A stretch of DNA of 64,000 nt, taken from NCBI GenBank assembly GCA_965261735.1, contig OZ253470.1, positions 4,672,001-4,736,000 on the forward strand, read 5' to 3'. The notes beneath the pieces were generated by a model. The model searched no databases. It had not been told where the DNA came from and worked only from the letters and a program-made list of their open reading frames with translations. The position numbers were made by a program, and so were the translations under genes. Each line of letters begins with the position of its first letter. The stretch's first letter is position 1. Below are positions 48,181 to 57,725 of the stretch, one piece after another. The stretch comes from Alphaproteobacteria bacterium. GTDB taxonomy: Bacteria > Pseudomonadota > Alphaproteobacteria > SHVV01.

Positions 48181-49554
48181 ATGAGAAAGCACATTCGATG
48201 CGGCAAGCTGTTCACCGGGTCGGGCGACGACGCCAAGACCGATCAGACCATCGTCATCGAGGATGGCGCGATCGCCTACGTCGGCGACACGGCGCGTGCC
48301 CCCAAGCCCAACGGCGATGAGGTTGTCGACCACTCGCAGTGGTTCGTCATGCCGGGCATGATCGACGTCCACACGCACTTGGCCTACGGCAACGCCAAGA
48401 GCGAGGAAGACATCGACATTTATGCGCCGGTCGAGTTTCGCGCGCTGCGCGGCATGTTCATGGCCCACCGCGTGCTGCTGGCGGGCGTGACGTCGATCTG
48501 CAATCCGGGCGACGCGGCACGCGTCACCCTTTCCATTCGCGACGCCATCAACGCCGGGCTCTTCGAAGGCCCCCGCATCACCACCGCCGGCCCTTACATT
48601 ACGAGCCGTCAGGGCCTGACCGACTGGTACCCGACCTGGATCGGCCAGCCGGAGACCTCGATCGGCCACGTCGTCAAGAGCCCCGAGGAGGCGATCGAGG
48701 AAATCCGCGTTCAGGTCAAGGACGGCGTCGACGTCATCAAGTTCGCGATGGACGGCGATACTGCCCTTCAGCCCAATGGCGTGTCGGCCTATACGGGCCT
48801 GCTCGCCTCCTTCAACCAGGAGGAGCTCGACCGCTACGTTACCGAGGCGCACCGTCTCGGCAAGAAGGTGATCACGCACGCGCGCGGCAAGGAGGCGACG
48901 CTCTATTCGGCGAGGTCCGGCGTGGACCTCATCTTCCACGCGTCCTTCATGGACGATGAATGCCTCGACGAGATTCTCAAGAACAACTGCGCGATCTGCC
49001 CGACGCTCACGCTCCTCGTCAACAATTACGAGTTCTCCCAGCCCACGGATGCGGCGGGCAAGGGTTGGTACGAGGCGTCCAAGGCGGAGGCCGAAGCGGC
49101 GTTCGTCAACTTGTCGAAGGCGCACAAGGCGGGCGTGCCCATGCTCGCCGGCACCGATACCGGCTTCGCCATCACGCCATACGGCGAGTGGCATGCCAAG
49201 GAGCTCGACCTCTTCGTCCGCTTCCTCGGCATGACGCCGGCGGAGGCCCTGCGCTCGGCGACCTCTCTCAACGCCTCGATCCTGACCGACGGCGAGCGCC
49301 TGGGCGCCATCGAGGTCGGCCGCCACGCCGACATTCTGGTGCTGGATGGCAATCCACTCGAGGACGTGACCCATCTGATGGACCGGTCACGGTTCAAGGA
49401 CATCATGTTGGGTGGTGAGACCGTGACGGTGACGACGCACGATATCGACACCACCAAGGTCAGCGAGTTCTCGTACAACATGTGGAACGACATGTACACG
49501 CAGGCGCGGGTTGCGGAGCTGTCGAACTCGATTCGTACGATCGCTGTCTCCTGA
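48181..49554 (+). CDS. Metal-dependent amidohydrolase (prolidase-like subgroup)
   Basis: MPGMIDVHTH, GVDVIK, THARG, FHAS, AGTDTG. Confidence 0.87.
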   Translation: MRKHIRCGKLFTGSGDDAKTDQTIVIEDGAIAYVGDTARAPKPNGDEVVDHSQWFVMPGMIDVHTHLAYGNAKSEEDIDIYAPVEFRALRGMFMAHRVLLAGVTSICNPGDAARVTLSIRDAINAGLFEGPRITTAGPYITSRQGLTDWYPTWIGQPETSIGHVVKSPEEAIEEIRVQVKDGVDVIKFAMDGDTALQPNGVSAYTGLLASFNQEELDRYVTEAHRLGKKVITHARGKEATLYSARSGVDLIFHASFMDDECLDEILKNNCAICPTLTLLVNNYEFSQPTDAAGKGWYEASKAEAEAAFVNLSKAHKAGVPMLAGTDTGFAITPYGEWHAKELDLFVRFLGMTPAEALRSATSLNASILTDGERLGAIEVGRHADILVLDGNPLEDVTHLMDRSRFKDIMLGGETVTVTTHDIDTTKVSEFSYNMWNDMYTQARVAELSNSIRTIAVS

Positions 49555-49581
49555 CGTAAGGCGCCTGCAGGCCAACGGAGG

Positions 49582-49616
49582 GGCGCGAGCCCGGACCTGA
49601 ATCCGGGGCTCGCGCC
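49582..49616. terminator. Intergenic stem-loop
   Basis: GGCGCGAGCCC...GGGCTCGCGCC after the amidohydrolase stop; no U-tract. Confidence 0.4.
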
Positions 49617-49658
49617 GCCTCTGCATCAACCTCGACCACCTGAGCCCGAAAGCCGTAC

Positions 49659-50447
49659 ATGGCCGATCTCTTTTCGCTGAAAGATAAAGTCGTGCTCATG
49701 ACCGGCGGCTCGCGCGGGCTCGGTTTTGCCATGGCGCGTGGGATGGCCGAGCACGGCGCCCACGTCGTCCTCAATGGCCGCCAGCGCCAGACGGTCGAGG
49801 CCAAGGCGAACGAGCTTTCGGCTACCGGCCTGGCAGCGTCGGCGCTGGCCTTCGACGTCGCCGACTCGGAGGCGTGCGTGGCCGGGGTCAAGAGCGTGAT
49901 CGACCAGCACGGCCGCCTCGACGTGCTCGTCAACAACGCGGGGACTGCCGAGTACTCGGCCGTGACGGAGTATCCGACCGACATGTGGCAGCGCCTGATG
50001 GACATCCACCTGACGGCGAGTTTCGTGCTGGCACGCGAGAGCGGGCGCCAGATGGTGGCCCAGGGAAGGGGCACCATCATCAATATCTCTTCGGTTGCCG
50101 GACCTGCGATCGCGCTGCCGACCATGCCGGCCTACGCCGCGGCCAAGGCCGGCCTGACCGGCCTCACGCGGGCGCTCGCGGTCGAACTCGGGCCCCAGGG
50201 CGTGACCTGCAACTGCATCGCACCCGGTTATTTTCACACCGAGTTGGGCGGCGCCTTGACGGAGGGCGAGCCGCCGCCCGAGCCGGTACGGCCGTTCTAC
50301 GACAAGGTGAGCGAGCACACGCCGCTCGGGCGTTGGGGCGACCCCAGCGAGATCGCCGGAATCGCGGTGTTCCTCGCCTCGGACGCGGCCTCCTACGTGA
50401 ACGGTAGCATCCTCACGATCGACGGCGGAATGTCCGTACTCCAATAA
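49659..50447 (+). CDS. SDR oxidoreductase (gluconate 5-dehydrogenase-like)
   Basis: TGGSRGLG, NNAG, YAAAK, IAPGYF, TPLGRWG. Confidence 0.9.
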   Translation: MADLFSLKDKVVLMTGGSRGLGFAMARGMAEHGAHVVLNGRQRQTVEAKANELSATGLAASALAFDVADSEACVAGVKSVIDQHGRLDVLVNNAGTAEYSAVTEYPTDMWQRLMDIHLTASFVLARESGRQMVAQGRGTIINISSVAGPAIALPTMPAYAAAKAGLTGLTRALAVELGPQGVTCNCIAPGYFHTELGGALTEGEPPPEPVRPFYDKVSEHTPLGRWGDPSEIAGIAVFLASDAASYVNGSILTIDGGMSVLQ

Positions 50448-50543
50448 CGAAGCGCTTGATCGCGTGCCGGCGCGAGGCGATGTAGATTGACTGAAGCAAA
50501 CATGGAAGGCCCGATGTTCGGGCATAACGACAGGGAGGTTTGA

Positions 50544-51602
50544 GTGATGATTAGGTTTTTCCAAATGGCGGCGGCGGCGGTGATCGCTTTGTCGATGACC
50601 GTGGGATTGGCCCCCGGCGGCGCCGGCGCGGCGGAGATGGATCGCCTGCGCGGCGTGGTCGAGCCCGTGAAGGCGAAAAAGCCCTACCGCGTGGGCGTGG
50701 CGCTCGTGCACTTTATCGACGACTACTGGAAGGGCGTCGCCTACGGCATCCTCGACGAGGCCAAGGAGGCCGGCGTCGAGATCGTCCGCGTGCTTGGCGC
50801 TGGCGGCTACGGCAAACTGCCCGAGCAGATCGCCAACCTTGAGCAGCTCGCCTCTCTCAATGTCGATGCCATCATCCACGGACCGGTGAGCTACGACGGT
50901 TTCGACAAGACCATCGAGCGCATCACGCAGAAGGGCATCAAGGTCATCATGGCCGACATTCCCATCAACAGTAAGCACCCGGCGATCCTCGTCGGTCAGG
51001 ACCAGTGGGCGATCGGCGCGGCGATGGCAAAGTACGTCTGTGCCGAAGGGCCGGGCGCCAAGGTGGCGACGATTCCGGGGCCGGCGGGCGCCGAGTGGAA
51101 CCGCATCCGCTTCGAGGGCTTCAAGGCGGGGGCTAAGGAGTGCGGCCTGGAGTTGCTCGGCAACACCTACCAGAAGGCGACGGCGCTAGAGGATGGCCAT
51201 TCGCAGGCTTCGGACCTGGTCATCAAATATCCCGAGGCGGAGTTCCTCTACACCGCGGCTGGCCATCTCGGCACTGGTGCGGCGATGGCCGTGAAGCAGC
51301 TCAATCGCAAGGTTCGGATCGTCGGTTCGGGTATCGTCGAGCGCGTGCCGGAGCTGATCAAGTCGGGTGACATCGATATGTACGTCTCGGAGCCGGCCAT
51401 TCTGATCGGGCGCCTCGAGCTGCAATACGCGGTACGCCTCCTCAATGGTGATCCGCTGCCGGGGATTGGAGAGACCGAGGGCATCCAGTATCCGCGGTTC
51501 TTCATTCCACCCTTCTCGGTGACCGCGGAGACGCTCAAGACGTACGATCTGAGCAAGTACGACATGCCGCCCAAGGGCTGGCAGCCGCCGGCGTCACAGT
51601 AG
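50544..51602 (+). CDS. Sugar-type ABC substrate-binding protein (TorT-like)
   Basis: Signal peptide, DDYWKGVAYG, GAGGY, PGPAGA. Confidence 0.8.
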   Translation: MMIRFFQMAAAAVIALSMTVGLAPGGAGAAEMDRLRGVVEPVKAKKPYRVGVALVHFIDDYWKGVAYGILDEAKEAGVEIVRVLGAGGYGKLPEQIANLEQLASLNVDAIIHGPVSYDGFDKTIERITQKGIKVIMADIPINSKHPAILVGQDQWAIGAAMAKYVCAEGPGAKVATIPGPAGAEWNRIRFEGFKAGAKECGLELLGNTYQKATALEDGHSQASDLVIKYPEAEFLYTAAGHLGTGAAMAVKQLNRKVRIVGSGIVERVPELIKSGDIDMYVSEPAILIGRLELQYAVRLLNGDPLPGIGETEGIQYPRFFIPPFSVTAETLKTYDLSKYDMPPKGWQPPASQ

Positions 51603-51617
51603 CGTAAGCGGCCTTTT

Positions 51618-51659
51618 TGCCCCGGTCGCACCGCCAGCACTGGCGGTGCGACCGGGGCA
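51618..51659. repeat. Perfect 20-bp inverted repeat
   Basis: TGCCCCGGTCGCACCGCCAG-CA-CTGGCGGTGCGACCGGGGCA. Confidence 0.9.
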
Positions 51660-51814
51660 CGCCGGGTGGCTCCGGGCCTCTGGGCCGCGCCCTCGCCGTG
51701 GCTTCGCGCTGGGACACGGTGCGGTTGCCGGTTCGGCGGACCGCGCTCTATACTCGCCGCCGCCCGCTCGCCGCGGGCGGATCGCAGGGGCACGAGGGAG
51801 AGGGAGAACACGTC

Positions 51815-52939
51815 ATGACGAAGCGGATGGTCATCTCCGCCGACTCTCACGTCGTCGAGCCGGACGACCTTTTCACCAAAGCGCTCGGCGCCACGTACGG
51901 CGACAAGTTGCCGCAGATTGTCCCCAGCCATGCCGGCACCGACGGCCCCTTCCTGTACACCGGACTGGAGTACGTACACCTGTCCGGGACCATGGATGTC
52001 GGCGACGACACCGCGGACAAGCTCGAGGAGGCCAACAGGGACCCCTCGATCCGGCTCTCCTGCCTCGACCAGGACGGAATCTATGCCGAGGTGCTGGTCG
52101 CCACGACCATGATGCTGGCGCTGCGCGCCCGTAACGACGACATGGTTCGGGACTGCTGTGCGGTGTTCAACGACTGGCTGATCGACTATTGCTCGCAGGC
52201 GCCCAAGCGCCTCTACGGGATCGGCATGATCCACATGGCCGATGTCGGGTGGGCGACCAAAGAGCTCGCGCGCGCCGCCGGCCGCGGCATGCGCGGCGTG
52301 ATGATCAACACCGACACGCGGCCCGAGTGGGCGCCGTATCAGGACAAGTCCTACGATCCCTTCTGGGCCCAGGCCGAGGAGGCCGGGCTTCCGGTCATGA
52401 TCCACATCGTCGGCGGCAACAAGCGCGACCCCTTCACCCTGCACGGCGCCGAGCGCAAGGATGTGGCGCGCCTTCTCATCGACCTCTTTACCGACGGCCC
52501 CATCACCCTCGCCAACGAGTTCATTTTCGGCGGCATCATGGACCGCTTCCCCAATCTCAAGATCGTTCTCGGCGAGTACGAGATCTCGTGGCTGCCCTAC
52601 TGGCTGTTCCGGGCCGAGCAGGTCCAGGACATCTTCATTCCGATGATCGGCGGCGAGGCGCGGCAGAAGACGGTGCGCGAGTACATGAGCCGTGTCCATC
52701 AGGGAGTCATCGACGAGCCCTACCTCGACAAGGTGATCGACCTCCTCAACATCGACACCCTGATGTGGGGATCCGATTTCCCGCACCCGCGCTGCACTTA
52801 CCCCAACTCCCTCAAGGTCATCGATAACAATTTCGGTCATCTCGGCAAGGACGTGGTGCAAAAGATCGCCCAGGACAACGCTGCCCGTTTCTACAATATC
52901 GAGGTGCCCGCCGAATATGTGGCCGTCGCCGCCGAATGA
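51815..52939 (+). CDS. Amidohydrolase_2 family metallo-hydrolase/decarboxylase
   Basis: SADSHVVE, FNDWL, YDPFW, MWGSDFPH. Confidence 0.87.
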   Translation: MTKRMVISADSHVVEPDDLFTKALGATYGDKLPQIVPSHAGTDGPFLYTGLEYVHLSGTMDVGDDTADKLEEANRDPSIRLSCLDQDGIYAEVLVATTMMLALRARNDDMVRDCCAVFNDWLIDYCSQAPKRLYGIGMIHMADVGWATKELARAAGRGMRGVMINTDTRPEWAPYQDKSYDPFWAQAEEAGLPVMIHIVGGNKRDPFTLHGAERKDVARLLIDLFTDGPITLANEFIFGGIMDRFPNLKIVLGEYEISWLPYWLFRAEQVQDIFIPMIGGEARQKTVREYMSRVHQGVIDEPYLDKVIDLLNIDTLMWGSDFPHPRCTYPNSLKVIDNNFGHLGKDVVQKIAQDNAARFYNIEVPAEYVAVAAE

Positions 52940-52960
52940 CGCCCGGGCACAGGCAGATAT

Positions 52961-54535
52961 ATGGCGGTGAGTGACGTGGTCGGGGACGCCGCCGAGGCGG
53001 GCCCGGGCGCGGCGGTTCTCGAAGCTGAGAACGTCGTCAAAGCCTTTGGGGCGACCCCGGCGCTGGCTGGAGCGTCGCTGTCGGTGCGCGCCGGCGAAAT
53101 CCACGTCTTGCTCGGCGAGAACGGGTCAGGCAAGTCCACGCTGGCCAAGATCGTGGCCGGAATCCACCAGATGGATGCCGGCCGCATCCTGATCAACGGG
53201 CAGCCGATCACCATCCACGATGCGCACCAGTCTCGTGAGCTCGGCGTCGCCATCGTGTTTCAAGAGCTCTCGCTCGCACCGGATCTGTCGGTCGCCGACA
53301 ATCTGTTCCTGGGCCGCGAGAATGCGGCCCACCCGTTCGCCTTCGTGCGCAGGTCCGAGGAGGCGCGGGCGTGCCGGGAGGTTCTGCGCCGCCTCGACAT
53401 CGATATCGCTCTCGATCGCAAGGTCAATACGCTGTCAATGGCGCGCAAGCAGATGCTCGAGGTCGCGAAGGCCCTGCTCCAGCAGCCCGTGATCATGATC
53501 CTCGACGAGCCTTCGTCGATGCTCACGGAGAAGGAGAAGGCGCACCTGTTCGAGGTGATCGAGCGCCTCAGGGAGGACGGCGTCGCCATCCTTTACGTGA
53601 CCCACCACCTACCGGAAGTGGCCGAGATCGGCGACCGGGTCAGCGTCATGCGCGATGGCGAGGTGGTCGTCACCTTGAACGTTACCGAAGACCTGACCGA
53701 GGCGCACCTTCTCGAACTCCTCACCGGGCGCAGCATCTCGGCGATGGTTGAGCGCGTTACGCCCGACGCCGCGACACCGATCGTCGATATCGAGAACGTC
53801 GTTATGGACGGCCGGCGCGAAGGCGTCAGCCTGCGCGTGCATCCGGGTGAGATCGTGGGTCTCTACGGCATCGTCGGGTGCGGTCGCGAGGAACTGGGGC
53901 GTGCGCTGATCGGGCTGACGCGCCCCAAGAGCGGGTCGATACGCTTGCGCGGCCGCCCCTACCACCCGCGCAGCCCGGCGCACGCGTTGTCGCTCGGCGT
54001 CGGCTATCTACCCACGGACCGCAAGGAGACCGGCATCCTGCCGGAGCGCACGATCCGGGAGAACCTCAACCTGTCGAACCTGCACGCGTTCGCGAGCGTC
54101 GGTTTCCTGTCGCGGCAGAGCGAGCGCGATCCGGCGCTGCGCCAGCTCGCCGAGCTCGGCGTCAAGTACGAATCGTCCGAGCACCCGATCATCAGCCTGA
54201 GCGGAGGCAACCAGCAGAAGGTGCTGTTCGGCCGCGCGGTGGGGCGGGGACCGGGCCTGCTGGTGCTGGAGGACCCGACCGCCGGTATCGACATGGGTGC
54301 CAAGCTCGACCTCTACCAGCAGATGAAGGCGTGGGCGGCAGACGGCATCGCGTTCCTGTGGCTGTCGAGCGATCTCGTCGAGACGCTGACGCTTTGCCAT
54401 CGCGTCTACGCCATGTATGACGGCCATATCGTCGGCGAGTTCGTCGAACCCACGCTCGACGACGAGGAGGCGATGCTGGCCGGCGTGCTCGGCCGCGGGG
54501 CGGCCCCTCAGGCGACGGCCGGATCGATGGAATGA
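52961..54535 (+). CDS. Sugar-type ABC ATP-binding protein (two NBDs)
   Basis: GENGSGKST, LDEPS, LSGGNQQK, PTAGID. Confidence 0.92.
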   Translation: MAVSDVVGDAAEAGPGAAVLEAENVVKAFGATPALAGASLSVRAGEIHVLLGENGSGKSTLAKIVAGIHQMDAGRILINGQPITIHDAHQSRELGVAIVFQELSLAPDLSVADNLFLGRENAAHPFAFVRRSEEARACREVLRRLDIDIALDRKVNTLSMARKQMLEVAKALLQQPVIMILDEPSSMLTEKEKAHLFEVIERLREDGVAILYVTHHLPEVAEIGDRVSVMRDGEVVVTLNVTEDLTEAHLLELLTGRSISAMVERVTPDAATPIVDIENVVMDGRREGVSLRVHPGEIVGLYGIVGCGREELGRALIGLTRPKSGSIRLRGRPYHPRSPAHALSLGVGYLPTDRKETGILPERTIRENLNLSNLHAFASVGFLSRQSERDPALRQLAELGVKYESSEHPIISLSGGNQQKVLFGRAVGRGPGLLVLEDPTAGIDMGAKLDLYQQMKAWAADGIAFLWLSSDLVETLTLCHRVYAMYDGHIVGEFVEPTLDDEEAMLAGVLGRGAAPQATAGSME

Positions 54536-54575
54536 CGACCATGCACAGATTGCTGCCGGGCGAGGCGAACCGGTC

Positions 54576-55562
54576 ATGACAACACCGCCGCTGGAGTCGC
54601 CAGGCATCCTGTCGCTGGCGTGGCGCCGCCTCAAGGTCAGCCAGATCGGGCTGCCCGCCTTCATCATCGCCATGGCGTTGGTCACGGGGCTCATCGAGCC
54701 CCGCTTCCTGTCCGGCGAGAATCTGCTCAACATTAGCCGCCAGCTCGCGCCGTTGATGATCCTCGTGGCGGGCCAGGTGTTCGCCGTCATCAGCGGCGGG
54801 CTCGACCTGTCGGTGGCGGCGACGCTCGCGCTCGCCGGTGTGATCGGCATCCTCGTCATGAACGCCACCGGCAGCATCGTCATCGGGCTCGCGACGATGG
54901 TCGGTGTCGGTCTCGGGGTCGGTCTCCTCAACGGCCTGATCATCGTCAGCTTCGGCGTATCACCCCTGATCGTGACGCTCGGCATGTGGTCCATCGCCAA
55001 GGGACTCGCGCTCATCCTGACTGGCGGCTCCCCGATCTACGACGTGCCCGGCGAACTCGTCGATGTCATCGGCTACGGCACCGTCGCCGGCATCCCGGCG
55101 CCGGCCGTGGTCGCCATAGCGATGCTGGCGCTAGGCGCGGTGATCCTGCGCTACACCGTGTTCGGGCGCTACGTCTACGCCATCGGCTCTAACCCCGTGG
55201 CGGCGTTCAACTCCGGCATCAACGTAAAGCTCCACACGACGCTCGTGTACGTCGTGTGCGGCGGCATGGCCGGGGTTGCGGCGGTGGTGTTCACGTCCTG
55301 GGTCAGCGCGGCGCAACCGACGGCGGCCGCCGGCTACGAGTTGCAGTCGCTGGCCGCGGTGGTGGTCGGCGGGGTCGCGCTCACCGGCGGTTCCGGGAGT
55401 ATGCTGCAGGCGTTCTACGGTGCACTGATCCTCGGCATGCTATCCAACGTGCTCAACATGGCCGGGGTCTCGTCGTTCTACCAGGTCCTGGCCGTAGGCT
55501 TGGTCATCGTGATCGCCGTGATCTTCGACCAGATGCGCCGCAGTCGCATCCCCGGGACATGA
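54576..55562 (+). CDS. Sugar-type ABC permease (RbsC-like)
   Basis: GGLDLSV, IVTLG, GRYVYAIGSN, ELQSLAAVVVGG. Confidence 0.92.
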   Translation: MTTPPLESPGILSLAWRRLKVSQIGLPAFIIAMALVTGLIEPRFLSGENLLNISRQLAPLMILVAGQVFAVISGGLDLSVAATLALAGVIGILVMNATGSIVIGLATMVGVGLGVGLLNGLIIVSFGVSPLIVTLGMWSIAKGLALILTGGSPIYDVPGELVDVIGYGTVAGIPAPAVVAIAMLALGAVILRYTVFGRYVYAIGSNPVAAFNSGINVKLHTTLVYVVCGGMAGVAAVVFTSWVSAAQPTAAAGYELQSLAAVVVGGVALTGGSGSMLQAFYGALILGMLSNVLNMAGVSSFYQVLAVGLVIVIAVIFDQMRRSRIPGT

Positions 55563-55658
55563 ACACGGACCTGGCGGCAGCCGGCCTTGCCGAGCGTCGC
55601 CCGAGCAACCATTTCCTCACCGTGCCGGTGACATGATGCCCAAGCGTGGAAGAGAGCG

Positions 55659-56636
55659 ATGGCGATAGAGACGCTCCGTGTGCGTGTTGCACGCATCATC
55701 CGTCGGGCCGACGACATCAACACCTATGAGCTCGTCGATCCCGACGGCAGGCCGCTGCCCCCTTTCAGCGCCGGCGCCCACGTCGACGTGCATGTGGATG
55801 GCGAGGTCACGACCGGTCGCATCAGGCAGTTCTCGCTCTGCAACGAACCGCACGAGACACACCGCTACCTAATCGCCGTGCTGCGCGAAAGCCACGGGCG
55901 CGGCGGCTCGGTCACCTTCCACGACAACGTGCGCGAGGGCGACATCATCGCGATCAGTCCGCCGCGCAACAACTTTCCGCTCGACGAGAGTGCGGCCCGG
56001 CATCTGCTGATCGCTGGCGGCATCGGCATCACGCCGATTCTCGCGATGATCGGGCGCCTCGCAGAAATCGGCGCCGATTACAGGCTCTACTACTGCACGC
56101 GCACGCCCGAACAGACAGCGTTTCACGATATCCTATCGCGGCCCGAATACGCCGGCCGTGTCGAGTTCATTTTCGACAACGGCGATCCCTCGCAGGGGCT
56201 CGACGTCAAGAGCCTGTTGGCCGCACGAGAGTCCGGCACCCACCTCTATTGCTGCGGGCCCGGCGGCCTGATGTCGGCGGTCAAGGACGCGGCGGCCCCC
56301 GCCTATCCGCCCGACGCGATCCACTTCGAGTACTTCTCGGCCGATCCGGCCGCGCTCACCGGCGAGGTCGGGGCCTTTCAGGTCAAGATCCAGAGCACCG
56401 AAGAGGTCATCGACATCCCCACCGACCGCACGATCCTCGAGGTGCTGCGCGAGCGCGGCTGGGACCTCGATTCGAGCTGTGAGGACGGGGTGTGCGGGAC
56501 CTGCGCAACGGCGGTGATCGAGGGCCTCCCCGAGCACCGCGACTTCTTCCTCACCGAGAAGTCGAAGAAAGAGAACAAGTGGATACTCATTTGCTGCTCG
56601 CGCTCCAAAACCCCGATCCTCACGCTCGGGCTTTAG
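55659..56636 (+). CDS. PDR/VanB family flavin-[2Fe-2S] reductase
   Basis: GAHVDV, RQFSL, AGGIGITP, YCCGP, SCEDGVCGTC...CCS. Confidence 0.92.
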   Translation: MAIETLRVRVARIIRRADDINTYELVDPDGRPLPPFSAGAHVDVHVDGEVTTGRIRQFSLCNEPHETHRYLIAVLRESHGRGGSVTFHDNVREGDIIAISPPRNNFPLDESAARHLLIAGGIGITPILAMIGRLAEIGADYRLYYCTRTPEQTAFHDILSRPEYAGRVEFIFDNGDPSQGLDVKSLLAARESGTHLYCCGPGGLMSAVKDAAAPAYPPDAIHFEYFSADPAALTGEVGAFQVKIQSTEEVIDIPTDRTILEVLRERGWDLDSSCEDGVCGTCATAVIEGLPEHRDFFLTEKSKKENKWILICCSRSKTPILTLGL

Positions 56637-56685
56637 CGGCCCCGTAGCCTCAAGGGCGCTAGCCGCCGCACCGACGAGCGCGCCG

Positions 56686-57114
56686 TCAGGGGACCTGCGC
56701 GATGACGTCGATCTCGAGCAGCATGTCCTTGTGCGCGAGCGAGGGAATCTCGATCAGCGTGCGCGGCGGCATCATCTCGCGGCCGAACAGCTCCCAGGTA
56801 ATCTCGTTGAGCACGTCTTGGTCGCGAAACACATCGACCAGATAGTGCGTCATCTTGATGATGTTGCCGAGGTCGGCGTTGCCTGCCTTGAGGATGAGCT
56901 CGATGTTCTTGAAGGTCTTGGTGCACTGGTCGCGGAAGTCGCCCTCATACCACTTGGCCTCCTCGACGGGGTCGTGGGGGTGCTTGTGATAGATCGACAC
57001 CGGGCCCATGCCCGAGAGCCAGATGGTGCGGCCGCCCTCGACCGAGAAAGCGGGAACGAACGGCATGTTGTGCTCGGGTAGCGGGGTGCCGGGGTGAACG
57101 GGCGTGATTTTCAT
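56686..57114 (-). CDS. RidA/YjgF family protein
   Basis: IWLSG, FKNIELIL, PPRTLI, LLEIDVIA. Confidence 0.85.
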   Translation of the reverse strand: MKITPVHPGTPLPEHNMPFVPAFSVEGGRTIWLSGMGPVSIYHKHPHDPVEEAKWYEGDFRDQCTKTFKNIELILKAGNADLGNIIKMTHYLVDVFRDQDVLNEITWELFGREMMPPRTLIEIPSLAHKDMLLEIDVIAQVP

Positions 57115-57254
57115 GGATGCCTCCCTTTGCTGGCTTGGCAACGACCCTGAAATTCGGCCGCGGAGATCGAATCGCGGCGCCGGTTATGTAACCCGGCACC
57201 CGGTAGGCCCGCCAGCATTTTGTGAAAGTGTCCGCCGCGCGCCGGCCGCCTCCC

Positions 57255-57659
57255 TCACCCCTTGGCTTGGGCGATCTTGGCCGCAATCCGGGCGCCCGTT
57301 TTCGCCTTGTCGACCACGAAACGGGAATGGCGCCCGCGCGCCACTTCCTCGACCGCGTCGCGCACCGCGAAGGAAAGCGCGACGCGCCGCCCCTCGACCG
57401 CGCTCACGGTCACGCTGACCTCGGCCCACAGGCCGAGCGGCGTCGCCGCCACATGGGCCAACTCGACCTCGGTGCCGACCGAGTCCTCGCCCGGATCGAG
57501 GTGCTCGAGCAGCAGGTCCCGCGCGGTGAGCTCGACATCGCGCAGTAGCGCGGGCGTTGCGTAGACCCGCAGGTCCTCGCCCATGAAGTCTATCGTGCGC
57601 GCGCGGTCGACCTCGATTCGCCGCGTCGCCGTCACTCCTGGTTTGAGCGTTGCGTTCAC
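57255..57659 (-). CDS. Hot-dog thioesterase (FlK-like)
   Basis: VYATP, SVGT, HVAATPLG, GRHSRFVV; GTG start after an AAGGG run. Confidence 0.85.
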   Translation of the reverse strand: MNATLKPGVTATRRIEVDRARTIDFMGEDLRVYATPALLRDVELTARDLLLEHLDPGEDSVGTEVELAHVAATPLGLWAEVSVTVSAVEGRRVALSFAVRDAVEEVARGRHSRFVVDKAKTGARIAAKIAQAKG

Positions 57660-57725
57660 GCCCTTCCCTTCCCCTTGTCCGCCCGTCCCCAGGCTTCCAT
57701 AGAGGCGGCGCCAGATCAATGGCCG

